From positions 128,001 through 192,000 of the forward strand of contig DASXQR010000083.1 of NCBI GenBank assembly GCA_036507075.1: a stretch of 64,000 nucleotides of DNA, given 5' to 3'. This DNA is from Acidobacteriota bacterium (lineage in GTDB: Bacteria > Acidobacteriota > UBA6911 > JACQSX01). The notes below the pieces were generated by a model that was not told where the DNA came from, did no database searches, and was given only the letters and a program-made list of their open reading frames with translations. This document shows, piece after piece, positions 29,571 to 42,706 of this stretch (the stretch's first letter is position 1; each line of letters starts with the position of its first letter). Both the position numbers and the translations under genes were made by a program.

Positions 29571-29858
29571 ATGACCAAGGCCGAGTTGGTGGAAGAGGTT
29601 GCCAAAAACTCACAGCTCACGAAGAAGGATGCCGAAGTAATTGTCCAGACCGTTCTGGACAGCATTATCGATTCTCTAAAGGAAGGTAGAAAAGTCGAAC
29701 TGCGGGGTTTTGGAAGCTTCCGTTTGCGCCAGCGCTCCGGTCGTACCGGTAGAAATCCAAAAACCGGTGAAAAAGTCAAAGTTCCGGCCAAGCGTATTCC
29801 CTACTTCAAACCCGGCAAAGAGCTCAAGGATCTGATCAACAGGCAGCTTCCCGCTTAA
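29571..29858 (+). CDS. ihfB: IHF/HU-family DNA-binding protein (IHF-beta-like)
   Basis: 'MTKAELVE', 'ELRGFGSF', 'GRNPKTG', 'FKPGKEL'; downstream of rpsA. Confidence 0.85.
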   Translation: MTKAELVEEVAKNSQLTKKDAEVIVQTVLDSIIDSLKEGRKVELRGFGSFRLRQRSGRTGRNPKTGEKVKVPAKRIPYFKPGKELKDLINRQLPA

Positions 29859-29865
29859 TTCCTCG

Positions 29866-30342
29866 ATGGATTATCTCTGGACGCCGTGGCGGTTCCAGTA
29901 CATCTCCGCCACGCCCAAAAGCCAGGATTGCCTCTTCTGCCTTGCAGTAAAGGAAAGCCGGGACAGCGAGACTCTGATTGTCCACCGGGGCGAGCACTGC
30001 TTTATCATTCTCAACCGCTTTCCATACAACAACGGCCATCTAATGATTGCTCCTTATCGCCACATTCCTTTGCTCGAAGACGCCTCGCCGGTCGAGAGGC
30101 AAGAGATGATGGAATTTTTGGCGCGATGCCAGACACTGCTGCGCGAGATCTACAAACCCGAAGGCTTCAATCTGGGGATGAATATCGGCAGATGCGCCGG
30201 CGCCGGAGTTGCAGGGCATATCCACATGCATCTTCTACCGCGCTGGGGCGGGGATGCAAACTTCATGAGCGTGGTAGGAGAAACCCGCGTCCTGCCGGAA
30301 GATCTCAAGACCACCTACCAAAAAATCTCCAGTCGTTTTTAG
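29866..30342 (+). CDS. HIT-domain protein (Ap4A phosphorylase / Fhit-like)
   Basis: 'LWTPWR', 'LNRFPYNNGHLM', 'AGAG...HIHMHLLPRW.GD.NF'. Confidence 0.9.
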   Translation: MDYLWTPWRFQYISATPKSQDCLFCLAVKESRDSETLIVHRGEHCFIILNRFPYNNGHLMIAPYRHIPLLEDASPVERQEMMEFLARCQTLLREIYKPEGFNLGMNIGRCAGAGVAGHIHMHLLPRWGGDANFMSVVGETRVLPEDLKTTYQKISSRF

Positions 30343-30348
30343 TTCAGT

Positions 30349-30410
30349 TTTTACCACCAGGGCACCAAGGCACAAAGCGAGCAATGGTGCCTTGTGTCTT
30401 GGTGGTAAAA
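30349..30410. repeat. Palindromic 8-9-mer element (CACCAAGG family)
   Basis: ttttaccaccagggcaccaaggcac ... gtgccttgtgtcttggtggtaaaa. Confidence 0.8.
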
Positions 30411-30622
30411 TTTTTTCCGATACGAATCCCCGATGCTTCCCATTGTCAAGCGATTTTTTCTCGACGGAAATCTCTTGAAATCCGCTCTGGACGCGGGTTT
30501 CAGAAGGCAGAAATTCCAAAAAAAATTTTTTGGTTTCTTGTTGAAAATCATCTCTTCGATTTGCTAGTTTTACTCACTCAAATTCTCAGGACCGAGCAAG
30601 ACACTAAAAGAGAACAAGCCAC

Positions 30623-30654
30623 TTTTCCACACCTGTGCATAACGTTGTGGAAAA
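30623..30654. promoter_or_regulatory. DnaA-box cluster upstream of dnaA (oriC part 1 / autoregulation)
   Basis: TTTTCCACA 30623-30631, TGTGCATAA 30634-30642, TGTGGAAAA 30646-30654. Confidence 0.85.
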
Positions 30655-30785
30655 CCAAAATTAAAATTTGAGTTTTTGGCTGGTTTTGCCCCCGCTTTCC
30701 AGCCTTCCCCGTTGAAGCGATTCTCCGGGTCAATCTCGGAGTGTTTGTTTCAGCGATGATTGTGTCTTCGGCTTTTTTTCGTGCT

Positions 30786-32093
30786 ATGAATCTGTGGGAA
30801 ATCCTGCTATCGAAGATACAAAAGAAGATCAGCCATCAGAATTTTGACACTTGGTTTAAGCCTTTGCTCTACCTCGGCGAGTGCGAAGGCAAACTTCTGG
30901 TGCAGGTGCCGAACGGCCATTTTCGATCCTGGCACTTGGAGAACTACGACAGGCTAATGCGGCGATCTCTGGACGAAGTAGGCGTGCCGGGAGACATTCG
31001 GTTTGTGCTTCCGGATGAGAATCAGGCGAATTCCTCCACCAGCGATAATCTGGTCCCGGTTCAATCTCCCACCGAGCCCCTCAATCTTAATTCCAAATAC
31101 ACTTTTGAAACTTTCGTGGTCGGCTTTTCCAACCAGTTTGCGCATGCTGCTGCGCTGGCAATCGCCGAGCAGCCTTCCAAGGCCTATAACCCGCTTTTTA
31201 TTTATGGGGGAGTGGGACTGGGCAAGACTCACCTGATGCATGCCATCGGCCACTGCATCCTGAAAAAATATCCGCGGGCAAAACTCACTTATATGTCTTC
31301 GGAACGTTTCATGAACGAGCTGATTAATTCAATTCGCTACGATCGAACCCTTCAGTTCCGCGACAAATATCGAAATATCGATGTTCTGTTGATGGACGAC
31401 ATCCAGTTTCTGGCAGGCAAGGAGCGCACGCAGGAGGAGTTTTTTCACACTTTTAACGCTCTTTACGATGCCCAGAAACAAATCGTCATTTCCAGCGACT
31501 GCCCGCCCAAGGAAATCCCCACTCTTGAGGAACGGCTGCATTCGCGCTTCGAGTGGGGGTTAATCGCCGATATCCAGCCGCCCGATCTGGAAACCAAAAT
31601 CGCCATACTGCGTCGCAAAGCTGAAATGGAGGGAATAGTTCTACCCGACGACGTCGCCTTTTTCATTGCAAGCAACATCAAGTCAAACATCCGGGAACTG
31701 GAAGGATCGCTGGTGCGACTGATCGCCTATTCGTCTCTAACCGGCATGGACATTGAACTCTCGCTGGCCCAGGAGGTACTGAAAAACATTGTGGGAGATA
31801 CGCAGCGAGCAATTTCCATCGAACTGATTCAAAAAACAGTTGCGGAGTTTTTTAATTTAAAGGTTTCCGAGCTGAAGGCAAAAAACAATTCTCGATGCGT
31901 CGCAGAGCCGCGCCAGATCGCCATGTACATCTGCAAGGAACTCACCGATTGCTCTCTGCCCCAGATTGGCCGTGAGTTTGGCGGAAAACATCACACGACA
32001 GTCCTTCATTCCATCAGAAAGATCGACGAAATGCGCAAAGTGGACAAGAATGTCAACGGCGTGATCAATAAGCTCGTTGGGTCCATACGCTGA
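30786..32093 (+). CDS. dnaA: Chromosomal replication initiator DnaA
   Basis: Start MNLWEILL; Walker A '[10 protein letters not shown]', 'DDIQF', 'QEEFFHTFN', 'GGKHHTTV'. Confidence 0.98.
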   Translation: MNLWEILLSKIQKKISHQNFDTWFKPLLYLGECEGKLLVQVPNGHFRSWHLENYDRLMRRSLDEVGVPGDIRFVLPDENQANSSTSDNLVPVQSPTEPLNLNSKYTFETFVVGFSNQFAHAAALAIAEQPSKAYNPLFIYGGVGLGKTHLMHAIGHCILKKYPRAKLTYMSSERFMNELINSIRYDRTLQFRDKYRNIDVLLMDDIQFLAGKERTQEEFFHTFNALYDAQKQIVISSDCPPKEIPTLEERLHSRFEWGLIADIQPPDLETKIAILRRKAEMEGIVLPDDVAFFIASNIKSNIRELEGSLVRLIAYSSLTGMDIELSLAQEVLKNIVGDTQRAISIELIQKTVAEFFNLKVSELKAKNNSRCVAEPRQIAMYICKELTDCSLPQIGREFGGKHHTTVLHSIRKIDEMRKVDKNVNGVINKLVGSIR

Positions 32094-32099
32094 CTTTTC

Positions 32100-32300
32100 C
32101 TTGTTTTTAACAGTAGTTGCTGTGGACAGGTTGTGGAAAAGGGGGGCTCCTAAGTTTTTCCGCCACTTCCTACGGAAAGTCCACCATGGGGCGTGCGACT
32201 TATAAACAGCGCAACTTATCTGGTCGCTGGTTTTAAGTCTTTTTTCCACGAATCCACAGGTGCTACTATTTCTACTAGTTTTTAAAGAATAATTAATAAA
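32100..32300. promoter_or_regulatory. Probable oriC unwinding region between dnaA and dnaN
   Basis: Boxes TGTGGACAG 32121, TGTGGAAAA 32132, TTTTCCACG 32242, GAATCCACA 32250; CTACTATTTCTACTA trio-like tract 32263-32277; AT-rich tract to 32300. Confidence 0.85.
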
Positions 32301-32320
32301 GACGGAAAACAGGAGCAGTG

Positions 32321-33427
32321 ATGGACTTCTCTGTGAATAAGGGCGACATCCTGAAGGAACTCTCTTATGTTCAGGGAGTAGTGGAACGCAAGAACACCAT
32401 TCCAATCCTTTCCAATCTGCTGCTTGAAACCAAGGGCACCGACTTGATGGTAACAGCGACCGATCTGGACGTAAGCATCGAATGCAGTTGTCCGGCCAGC
32501 ATCAAAGTCAGCGGCGCTCTTACGATTTCGGCAAGAAAGTTATTTGAAATTGTCAGGCTGCTGCCTGATTCCGATATTCACTTTAAGAGTCTGGAAAAGG
32601 AATGGGTGCAGGTGACCTGCGAAAAGGCTCGCTTCAAAATCGTGGGATTATCAAAAGAGAACTTTCCCGCCATCCCGGCCATTCGAGGAAATACCTGGCA
32701 GATCCCGCCTGATGTACTGCGCTATATGATCGCCCGCTGCGTTTTTGCCATCACGCAGGAAGAGTCCCGCTATTCACTCAACGGCGCCCTCATGATTCTG
32801 AATCCAAACAACTTAAGTATGGTCACCACCGATGGCCACCGGCTTGTATTAATCGCCCGCGCCACACCCATCGGCAACCTGGACAAGGAAGTCAGAGTGC
32901 TGATTCCCAAAAAAACACTGGTGGAGCTTTCCAAACTGCTGGTGGATGAAGAGAGCGAGGTTCAGTTTGGCGCGGATGAAAATCACCTATTTTTCAAAAT
33001 CGGAAAGCGTTTATTGATTTCACGCGCGCTTGCCGGCCAGTTTCCCAACTACGAAATGGTGCTGCCGAAAGACAACGATAAAAAAGTGGTTGTCAGCACG
33101 CCTGATTTTAGCGACGCGCTCAAGCGAGTGGCCATCATGGCAGACGAGCGCTCGCATGCCGTCAAATTGGCGCTCAAGGACGGACAGATGGACATCCAGT
33201 CAAGCACTGCGGATTTTGGAGAAGCGAAGGAATCCGTAGGCATCGGGTACAATGGCGACCCCATGGAAATCAGCTTCAATGCGCAGTATCTCCTCGATTT
33301 TCTGAGCGTGGTGGACGACGATGAGGTCAAATTCGAGTTAAGAGACAAAGAAACCCAGGGCTTGCTGCGTCCCGAAAAGAATTCCGAATACTCCTACCAC
33401 TACGTCGTCATGCCCATGAAGATCTAA
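32321..33427 (+). CDS. dnaN: DNA polymerase III beta clamp
   Basis: 'TIPILSN', 'ATDLD', 'TTDGHRL', 'YVVMPMKI'; GTG 32318 is an alternative start. Confidence 0.97.
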   Translation: MDFSVNKGDILKELSYVQGVVERKNTIPILSNLLLETKGTDLMVTATDLDVSIECSCPASIKVSGALTISARKLFEIVRLLPDSDIHFKSLEKEWVQVTCEKARFKIVGLSKENFPAIPAIRGNTWQIPPDVLRYMIARCVFAITQEESRYSLNGALMILNPNNLSMVTTDGHRLVLIARATPIGNLDKEVRVLIPKKTLVELSKLLVDEESEVQFGADENHLFFKIGKRLLISRALAGQFPNYEMVLPKDNDKKVVVSTPDFSDALKRVAIMADERSHAVKLALKDGQMDIQSSTADFGEAKESVGIGYNGDPMEISFNAQYLLDFLSVVDDDEVKFELRDKETQGLLRPEKNSEYSYHYVVMPMKI

Positions 33428-33588
33428 GTTACGAGTTTGCGGGTTGGCGAGTTACGGGTTAAGCCGGTTACGAATCCCAAACAGAAATCGACAGAACATA
33501 AAACCTCAAAACACACTAACCCGAAACCCGCCAACCCGAAACCAGTAAACCCGCCAACCCGAAACGCAAACCCGCCAACCAGTAACGG
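33428..33588. repeat. Palindromic 7-8-mer element (GGGTT / AACCCG family)
   Basis: gttacgagtttgcgggttggcgagttacgggtt ... (aacccgaa/aacccgcc)n, between dnaN and recF. Confidence 0.85.
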
Positions 33589-33620
33589 TTTTTTTGCGCG
33601 CCGTCATATACTACGAGGCA

Positions 33621-34691
33621 ATGTTGTTGCGGTTGATTGAACTGGAGTCCTTTCGCAGTCTTCGTCCCGCCCGCTTAGATCTCGATCCTGGTTTCAACAT
33701 ATTTCTGGGAAAAAACGGCCAGGGGAAAACCAACCTCCTGGAAGGTGTCTACATTCTAGCCAGTACAAAATCGTTTCGGACGCATCAACTGGCCGACTGT
33801 GTGCAACACGGGACCGCTGAATTCATGATTGCCGGAAAGGTCGAAAGAGCATCGCTGGATCGGACGCTGGAGATCCGTTGGAGTGCGGGCGGCAAAAAGT
33901 TGAAAATCAACGGCAAAGAAACGTCGATTCTGGAGTATCTGGGAAACCTGGATGTGCTGAGCGTGTCACTTGATCAGTTGCCGGTGGTTCGGGGCGGTCC
34001 TTCCGATCGACGGAGGTTTCTTGATCGTGGAATCGCGCAGTTGAAGAAAATCTACCTGCATAAACTGGCTGAATTCCATCGCGTGCTTGAACAAAGGAAT
34101 GGTCTTCTGGCTCGGATCCGCATCCGCGCAGCTCACCCGTCGGACCTGGAACCATGGGATCCGATTTATGCAGAAAAGTGTGAAGCAGTTTCAGTGGAAC
34201 GCCAGTGCTATGTCGACCGTTTGAATGATGCTTTGGCCGAAGTCGAATTTTCCTCCGACGTTCTCCGCCTGAAATACGTCCGCGCCACTCCCCCGGGTGA
34301 ATTTAGCGCGGTACTGGAAAAACTGGCCAACCTGCGCCCGCTGGAGCTGGAAAAAGGACGTTCTCTGGCGGGTCCGCATCGAGACGATCTAAGGATTTCG
34401 CTGGGCTCACAGGATATCCGCCGTTTTGGTTCGGGAGGTCAGCAAAGAAGCGCGGTTTTTTCCCTCTTACTGGCGGCCATGCGGCTATATCACGCTGAAA
34501 ACGCCAGAGATCCGGTCGTCATCATCGATGATGTCGATGCAGAGCTTGATCTGGAACGTCTCCAGGCCTTGCTGCGAATGCTGCAAAACGGACCCCAGGT
34601 TTTTCTTTCTTCGGCAAAGGCAAATGTCTTAGAATTAATGGCTTCCGCCAAGAGGTGGGAGCTGCGGTTAGGCGAAATCCAACCGCTTTGA
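33621..34691 (+). CDS. recF: DNA replication/repair protein RecF
   Basis: 'GKNGQGKTNLLE', 'RRRFLD', 'GPHRDD', 'GSGGQQRS', 'DDVDAELD'. Confidence 0.93.
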   Translation: MLLRLIELESFRSLRPARLDLDPGFNIFLGKNGQGKTNLLEGVYILASTKSFRTHQLADCVQHGTAEFMIAGKVERASLDRTLEIRWSAGGKKLKINGKETSILEYLGNLDVLSVSLDQLPVVRGGPSDRRRFLDRGIAQLKKIYLHKLAEFHRVLEQRNGLLARIRIRAAHPSDLEPWDPIYAEKCEAVSVERQCYVDRLNDALAEVEFSSDVLRLKYVRATPPGEFSAVLEKLANLRPLELEKGRSLAGPHRDDLRISLGSQDIRRFGSGGQQRSAVFSLLLAAMRLYHAENARDPVVIIDDVDAELDLERLQALLRMLQNGPQVFLSSAKANVLELMASAKRWELRLGEIQPL

Positions 34692-34807
34692 GATCCGAAG
34701 ACACACGGCTCGCCAGGCTCCCGCGCCGGCCTCGATGAAAGTGCCCGCAATTGGCCTCAAATCCTTAAAAAGACAGTAATTTATAGCTGTTTTTATCGCG
34801 GCCAAAA

Positions 34808-34816
34808 TGTTATAAT
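34808..34816 (+). promoter_or_regulatory. Extended -10 element upstream of gyrB
   Basis: TGtTATAAT ending 37 nt upstream of the gyrB ATG. Confidence 0.55.
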
Positions 34817-34838
34817 TGCAACCCGGTATGAGAGTTAA

Positions 34839-37322
<2,484 letters not shown>

Positions 37323-37335
37323 TAGTGGTTTTTCA

Positions 37336-37524
37336 CGTTGGCGGGTTTACACGTTGGCGGGTTTACGGGTTTCGGGTTTCTGCTGAACTTCCAAAGGTCG
37401 CAAACCTTAACCCGGTAGCCGGAACCGGTAAACCTACACCCGTGAACTTGAAAACTCGAAACCCGTAAACCCGTAAACTCGTAACCCGTAAACCCGTAAC
37501 CCGTGAACCCGTAACTAACTCGTT
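37336..37524. repeat. Palindromic 7-8-mer element (AACCCGTA family) between gyrB and gyrA
   Basis: acgttggcgggtttac x2 ... (aaacccgt)n; same unit family as 33428-33588. Confidence 0.85.
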
Positions 37525-37545
37525 AAATTCGCAACTCTGAAGTAG

Positions 37546-40005
37546 ATGGATATTGCCAAGCACCAGGTTCCCATAAACATCGAAGATGAAATGCGCGTGT
37601 CCTACCTGGACTACGCCATGTCGGTCATTATCGGCCGGGCCCTGCCCGATGTGCGCGACGGCCTGAAGCCGGTGCACCGCCGGGCCCTTTTCGCGATGCG
37701 GGAACTGGGAAATACTTTCGACAAGCCGTATAAGAAATCCGCTCGCATCGTTGGCGATGTAATCGGCAAGTATCACCCGCACGGAGACACGGCTGTCTAC
37801 GATACGATCGTTCGCATGGTGCAGGATTTCTCGCTGCGCTATCCGCTCATTGACGGCCAGGGAAACTTTGGCAGCGTCGACGGCGATTCGCCGGCGGCGA
37901 TGCGGTACACTGAAGTGCGGATGGGCCGGCTGGCGGGCGAGCTGCTGGCGGACATTGACAAAAACACCGTCGATTTCCAACCCAATTACGACGAATCGCT
38001 GGAAGAGCCTCTGGTCCTTCCCGCCAAGTTTCCAAATCTGCTGATCAACGGAGCCTCCGGCATCGCTGTCGGCATGGCGACCAACATTCCGCCTCACAAC
38101 CTGAATGAAGTGATAGAGGCAACGATCACGCTTATCGACAAACCCGACACCCCGGTCAAGGACCTGATGAAAATGATTCCCGGCCCTGACTTTCCAACCG
38201 GCGGATTCATCTACGGGCGAGCCGGGATCAAGCAGGCGTACGACACGGGGCGGGGCATCATTCAGATGCGTGCCAAGGCGGCCATCGAACAGATAGGGAA
38301 GGATCGGGAAGCGATCGTCGTTACAGAGATCCCGTATCAGGTAAACAAAGCCAAGCTGATTGAGCGCATCGCCGAACTGGTGCGCGAGAAAAAGCTGGAA
38401 GGCGTGTCCGACCTGCGCGATGAGTCCGACCGCGACGGAATGCGGATTGTGATCGAGTTGAAGCGCGGCGAGCAGCCTCAGGTAATTCTCAACAATTTGT
38501 ACAAGATGACGCCGATGCAGGCCACCTTCGGCGTGATCCTGCTGGCAATCGTGGGCAACCAACCCCGCGTGCTCAACCTGCAGCAGTGTCTCAATCTGTT
38601 TATCGAACACCGGAAAGAAGTAGTGACCCGGCGAACACGCTTTGATCTGGACAAGGCGGAAAAGCGTGCCCACATCCTTGAGGGTTTAAAGAAGGCCCTC
38701 GACCACCTGGACGGCGTAATCACATTGATCCGCAGCTCCAAAACCCCACCGGAAGCGCGTGACGGCCTGATTAAGAAATACGGGCTTACTCAGCCGCAGG
38801 CGGAGGCGATTCTGGAAATGAGGCTGCAGCGGCTCACCGGACTGGAGCGCGACAAAATCATCGAGGAGTACGAACAGACGCTTAAATTGATTGCCCAGTT
38901 GAAGGAAATCCTGGGCAGCGAAAAGGCGCTCAAAAAAGTAATCCACGCCGAGTTGCGGGAAATTCAGAAAGCCTACGGCGATGAACGGCGCAGCACCATT
39001 GTGGATGAACAGGTCGAGCTCAGCCTGGAAGATCTGATCGTCGACGAAAATGTCGTAATCACGGCGACCCGCTCAGGCTACATCAAGCGAACCGCGGCAC
39101 ACGTTTATCGAAGCCAGAACCGGGGCGGAAAAGGCCGCATCGGGATGACGGCCCGCACCGAAGACATCATCGACTATCTTTTTGTGGCGTCCACGCACGC
39201 CTACATGCTGATCTTTACCAACAAAGGCCGGGTATACTGGCTCAAGGTCTACGAGATTCCCGATGTTGGGGCAGCCGGCAGGGGCAAGGCGATCGTCAAC
39301 CTCGTCAACATGGGAAATGACGAGAAGATTGCCGATATGATTGCAGTGCGCGAGTTTTCCGAAGGACGCTACGTGGTGATGGCAACGCGCCGCGGCGTGA
39401 TCAAAAAGACTGAACTTACGGCGTTCTCCAATCCGCGCTCGAACGGAATCATCGCCATGGGCGTGGAGGACGACGATGAACTGATCGCCGTCAAGCAGAC
39501 CGGAGGCAGGCATGAAGTTTTCCTGGCAACCCATGACGGGCTCGGGATCCGCTTTTCCGAGGAGGATGTCCGGGATATGGGACGCACCGCCTTTGGCGTT
39601 TGGGGAATCCGGCTTCGCAAAGGCGATTATCTGGTTGGCATGGAAGTCTTTGATCCTGCAGCCACAGAAGAAGGCGGCGTTCTCAGTGTGACCGAGCGCG
39701 GCTACGGAAAAAGGACCAAAATCTCGGAATATCGCACGCAAGGCCGCGGCGGAAAAGGCATCATCAACATCAAGACCACCGAACGCAACGGCAAAGTAGT
39801 CGGCATTTGCCACGCAGTGGAAGATTCGGAAGTCATTTTAATCACAGAACACGGTAAGATTATTCGGCTGGAGGCTTCCCAGATCCGGGAAACCGTAACT
39901 CGAAGCGCTCAGGGAGTTCGGCTGATTATTCTGGAGGAAAACGATCGCGTCGCCGACCTGACGCTGATCACTCCTGAACCTGAAGAAGAAAACGGTACTG
40001 AATGA
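37546..40005 (+). CDS. gyrA: DNA gyrase subunit A
   Basis: 'DGLKPVHRR', 'HPHGD', 'AAMRYTE', GyrA-box 'QNRGGKG'. Confidence 0.98.
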   Translation: MDIAKHQVPINIEDEMRVSYLDYAMSVIIGRALPDVRDGLKPVHRRALFAMRELGNTFDKPYKKSARIVGDVIGKYHPHGDTAVYDTIVRMVQDFSLRYPLIDGQGNFGSVDGDSPAAMRYTEVRMGRLAGELLADIDKNTVDFQPNYDESLEEPLVLPAKFPNLLINGASGIAVGMATNIPPHNLNEVIEATITLIDKPDTPVKDLMKMIPGPDFPTGGFIYGRAGIKQAYDTGRGIIQMRAKAAIEQIGKDREAIVVTEIPYQVNKAKLIERIAELVREKKLEGVSDLRDESDRDGMRIVIELKRGEQPQVILNNLYKMTPMQATFGVILLAIVGNQPRVLNLQQCLNLFIEHRKEVVTRRTRFDLDKAEKRAHILEGLKKALDHLDGVITLIRSSKTPPEARDGLIKKYGLTQPQAEAILEMRLQRLTGLERDKIIEEYEQTLKLIAQLKEILGSEKALKKVIHAELREIQKAYGDERRSTIVDEQVELSLEDLIVDENVVITATRSGYIKRTAAHVYRSQNRGGKGRIGMTARTEDIIDYLFVASTHAYMLIFTNKGRVYWLKVYEIPDVGAAGRGKAIVNLVNMGNDEKIADMIAVREFSEGRYVVMATRRGVIKKTELTAFSNPRSNGIIAMGVEDDDELIAVKQTGGRHEVFLATHDGLGIRFSEEDVRDMGRTAFGVWGIRLRKGDYLVGMEVFDPAATEEGGVLSVTERGYGKRTKISEYRTQGRGGKGIINIKTTERNGKVVGICHAVEDSEVILITEHGKIIRLEASQIRETVTRSAQGVRLIILEENDRVADLTLITPEPEEENGTE

Positions 40006-40601
40006 ACAGGTGGGTAACCGCACTGAAGCAGTGGGCCTCAGCGGTAAAAACGTGGGGGTACGCCGTCTGGCAAAAGATTATGCCCATGCTGAAAGGAATT
40101 GACTGGTCAGATCCGCGCACCTGGGGAATCGTATCGGTAGCGGCAATTCTCCTGATCGTGCTGATTTGGCTGATCGTGCGCGCCGCGCGGCGCAAGCGCC
40201 CGGATCTGGGCGAAAGAAGATCGGCCGGGATGCCTCCGGAGGCGAGGATCACGGCAAAGCAGTTTGAGAAGACTCTGGACAACCTGAAGCAGGATGAGCC
40301 CCAGTTTGTCGAATTGATCAGCTCTATTTTGAAGCATCGCAGTGTTGATCAGTTGCTCAGCCACGATGAAATCAGCACCGCTTTCGGCCGGCTCACTGAA
40401 ATCCAGGAAAGGAGCGGCCAGGCGCCTAAAAAGCGGACCAGCCTTCTTGCTCTCGACGAAAACCCCGGCACGTGGAAGGAAAAGAACGCGGCGATGCTGA
40501 CGGTGGTTCGCAGTTGCTACGGCAACGAGGCCATCTATTCAAAGCTGGATGAGAAGGGCCGCCGCCTTGTCGACCAGTTCCTCGACAGCGTCACTACCTG
40601 A
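40002..40601 (+). CDS. Hypothetical single-pass membrane protein coupled to gyrA
   Basis: ATGA overlap with the gyrA stop; TM '[18 protein letters not shown]' followed by a basic stop-transfer sequence. Confidence 0.75.
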   Translation: MNRWVTALKQWASAVKTWGYAVWQKIMPMLKGIDWSDPRTWGIVSVAAILLIVLIWLIVRAARRKRPDLGERRSAGMPPEARITAKQFEKTLDNLKQDEPQFVELISSILKHRSVDQLLSHDEISTAFGRLTEIQERSGQAPKKRTSLLALDENPGTWKEKNAAMLTVVRSCYGNEAIYSKLDEKGRRLVDQFLDSVTT

Positions 40602-40693
40602 TTTCGGATTGGCGAATGCGGAATGCGGAATTGGAGCGCTCGACCATCCGGTTTCTTTATTCCGCATTCGACATTCCCCAATCCGCATTCGGA
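40602..40693. repeat. Palindromic heptamer element (GAATGCG family)
   Basis: cggattggcgaatgcggaatgcggaat ... attccgcattcgacattccccaatccg. Confidence 0.8.
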
Positions 40694-40717
40694 CTATCTG
40701 GTAACCTCTTGTTTGCA

Positions 40718-40747
40718 TTGACTATAGGGCCGCTGGTGTCTTAGAAT
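40718..40747 (+). promoter_or_regulatory. Candidate sigma70 promoter of rpsU
   Basis: TTGACT-18 nt-TAGAAT. Confidence 0.6.
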
Positions 40748-40798
40748 TAAGGTTTGCCCGAATATGAGTAAATCCAAATAGCGAGGAGGTGCAGTTTA

Positions 40799-40996
40799 TT
40801 GGCTGAAGTTATCGTGCAAGAGGGCGAGTCCCTGGAAAGCGCGTTGCGGCGTTTCAAGCGTAAGGTACAGCAGGAGGACATCATCAAAGACGTAAAGAAA
40901 CACTCCTTCTACTTGAAACCCGGCGAGAAGAAACGCGTAAAACAGGCCTTGGCCCGGAAGCGCAACCGAAAGAAGTCCCGCCAGATAAGCACCTAA
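40799..40996 (+). CDS. rpsU: 30S ribosomal protein S21
   Basis: 'ESLESALRRFKR', 'YLKPG'; TTG start after gaggaggt SD. Confidence 0.95.
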   Translation: MAEVIVQEGESLESALRRFKRKVQQEDIIKDVKKHSFYLKPGEKKRVKQALARKRNRKKSRQIST

Positions 40997-41017
40997 AGTA
41001 ATAGGTTTAAGATCTTC

Positions 41018-41048
41018 AAAGCCTCCGCAATGACGGAGGCTTTCGTTT
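41018..41048 (+). terminator. Intrinsic terminator after rpsU
   Basis: aaagcctccg-caatga-cggaggcttt followed by cgttt. Confidence 0.75.
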
Positions 41049-41052
41049 ATGC

Positions 41053-41280
41053 AGCCAAGCCCGGCTAATTCAAAAGCATTAACCGCCAAGAGCGCCAAGA
41101 ACGCTAAGACCCGCGGGGGATAACAGCCTGGAGCCTAAATCATGAAGGCCCCATTAGAATTGCATGTCGGCATTCTTTTGCGTTGGCCTTCATGATTTAG
41201 GCTCCAGGCTGTCATCCCCCGCTATCTTGGCGTTCTTGGCGCTCTTGGCGGTGAAGTTTTTGAATTAGCCGGGCTTGGCT
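41053..41280. mobile_element. Long-palindrome MITE-like element, copy 3 (inverted relative to copy 2)
   Basis: ~95 bp arms; the reverse complement of its loop (caacgcaaaagaatgccgacatgcaatt) matches the copy 2 loop (caacgcaaaaagaaatgacatgcaat). Confidence 0.85.
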
Positions 41281-41295
41281 AGCGAAATCAATAAC

Positions 41296-42603
41296 ATGCG
41301 AGTCGTCGATCTGATCGCCCAGAAGCGCAACGGGAATCCGCTGACAACCGAGCAGATCCGGTTTCTGGTGGACGGGTACGTGCGGGGAAACATCCCCGAT
41401 TACCAGATCTCCGCCCTTCTGATGGCGGTGTTTTTCCGCTCCATGAACCACGAGGAAACCGTCGCCCTCACGCGCGCCATTGTGGATTCAGGTGTCACTC
41501 TGGACTTTTCCGATCTGGACGGACCGGTAATTGACAAACACAGCACCGGGGGCGTGGGAGATAAGACCTCGATCATCATCGTGCCGCTGGTGGCCGCCTG
41601 CGGGGTTTTTGTTCCGATGATTTCCGGCAGGGGCTTGGGCCATACTGGCGGCACCCTTGACAAACTGGAGTCCATTCCCGGGTTCAAGGTTAATCTCGCT
41701 CTGAACGAGTTCAAGACCATCGTGCGCCGTACGGGGGCAGCATTGATCGGGCAGACTGCCGAGCTCGCCCCGGGCGACAAGAAGCTCTACGCTCTGCGCG
41801 ACGTCACCTCCACGGTGGAAAGTATTCCCTTGATTGTCGCAAGCATTATCAGCAAGAAGGTCGCCGAGGGGATCGACGGCCTGGTGCTCGACGTGAAAAC
41901 CGGTTCGGGTGCTTTCATGAAAACCTTGGAAGATTCCCGAGCTTTGGCTCGGGCGCTCGTCAGCACAGGACGCCTGCTGGGGATGAAGGTTACTGCGCTT
42001 ATCACCAACATGGAAGAACCGCTGGGACACGCGGTCGGGAATTCCGCAGAGATTGTTGAATGCGTGGAAATTCTAAAAGGTGGAGGCCCGGAGGATCTAA
42101 AGACAGTATCCCTTGCTCTGGCAGCCGAAATGCTGGTGCTTGCCGGGCTGGCATCATCGGCCGAGCAGGCCCTCGACTTGCTGGAGCGCAGAATCGTCAG
42201 CGGGGAAGCCCTGGACAAACTGAGAGAAATCATTCGGGCTCAGGGCGGCAAAGCTGAAATCGTGGAGGAGGACCTGCACTTGCCTCAGGCATCGCATCGG
42301 CACGAACTGCGGGCGCCGCGTAAAGGCTACGTTAGAAGGGTACAGGCAGAGCCGATTGGAAAGGCAGCCATGCTTTTGGGCGCCGGCAGAGAGACGGTTG
42401 ATTCCGTCATCGATCATGCAGCCGCCGTGTGGGTGCGCAGGAAGCGAGGCGAGCAGGTGGACGCCGGCGATCCCCTTTGCACGCTGGAGTTCAATGACAG
42501 CCGGCGTTTGGAGGAAGCGATCAGCCTTGCCGCCGCCGCCTTTGAGATCGGAGAGGCGCCCCCCTCGAAGTTAAACCTGGTGCTGGAAAGGATCTCTCAA
42601 TGA
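41296..42603 (+). CDS. pdp: Pyrimidine-nucleoside / thymidine phosphorylase
   Basis: 'DKHSTGGVGDK', 'SGRGLGHTGGTLDKLESIPG', 'LDVKTGSGAFMK'. Confidence 0.95.
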   Translation: MRVVDLIAQKRNGNPLTTEQIRFLVDGYVRGNIPDYQISALLMAVFFRSMNHEETVALTRAIVDSGVTLDFSDLDGPVIDKHSTGGVGDKTSIIIVPLVAACGVFVPMISGRGLGHTGGTLDKLESIPGFKVNLALNEFKTIVRRTGAALIGQTAELAPGDKKLYALRDVTSTVESIPLIVASIISKKVAEGIDGLVLDVKTGSGAFMKTLEDSRALARALVSTGRLLGMKVTALITNMEEPLGHAVGNSAEIVECVEILKGGGPEDLKTVSLALAAEMLVLAGLASSAEQALDLLERRIVSGEALDKLREIIRAQGGKAEIVEEDLHLPQASHRHELRAPRKGYVRRVQAEPIGKAAMLLGAGRETVDSVIDHAAAVWVRRKRGEQVDAGDPLCTLEFNDSRRLEEAISLAAAAFEIGEAPPSKLNLVLERISQ

Positions 42604-42618
42604 TACAGAAGTTGGGCT

Positions 42619-42667
42619 GTCTTGGTGCCTTGGTGGTTGAAAAAAATGAACCACAAAGGCACCAAGC
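42619..42667. repeat. Inside-out 8-9-mer palindrome
   Basis: cttggtgccttggtggtt-gaaaaaaatg-aaccacaaaggcaccaag. Confidence 0.7.
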
Positions 42668-42706
42668 TAACCTTACGCTTGGGTGCAGTAGGGACGCTCA
42701 GAGAAG

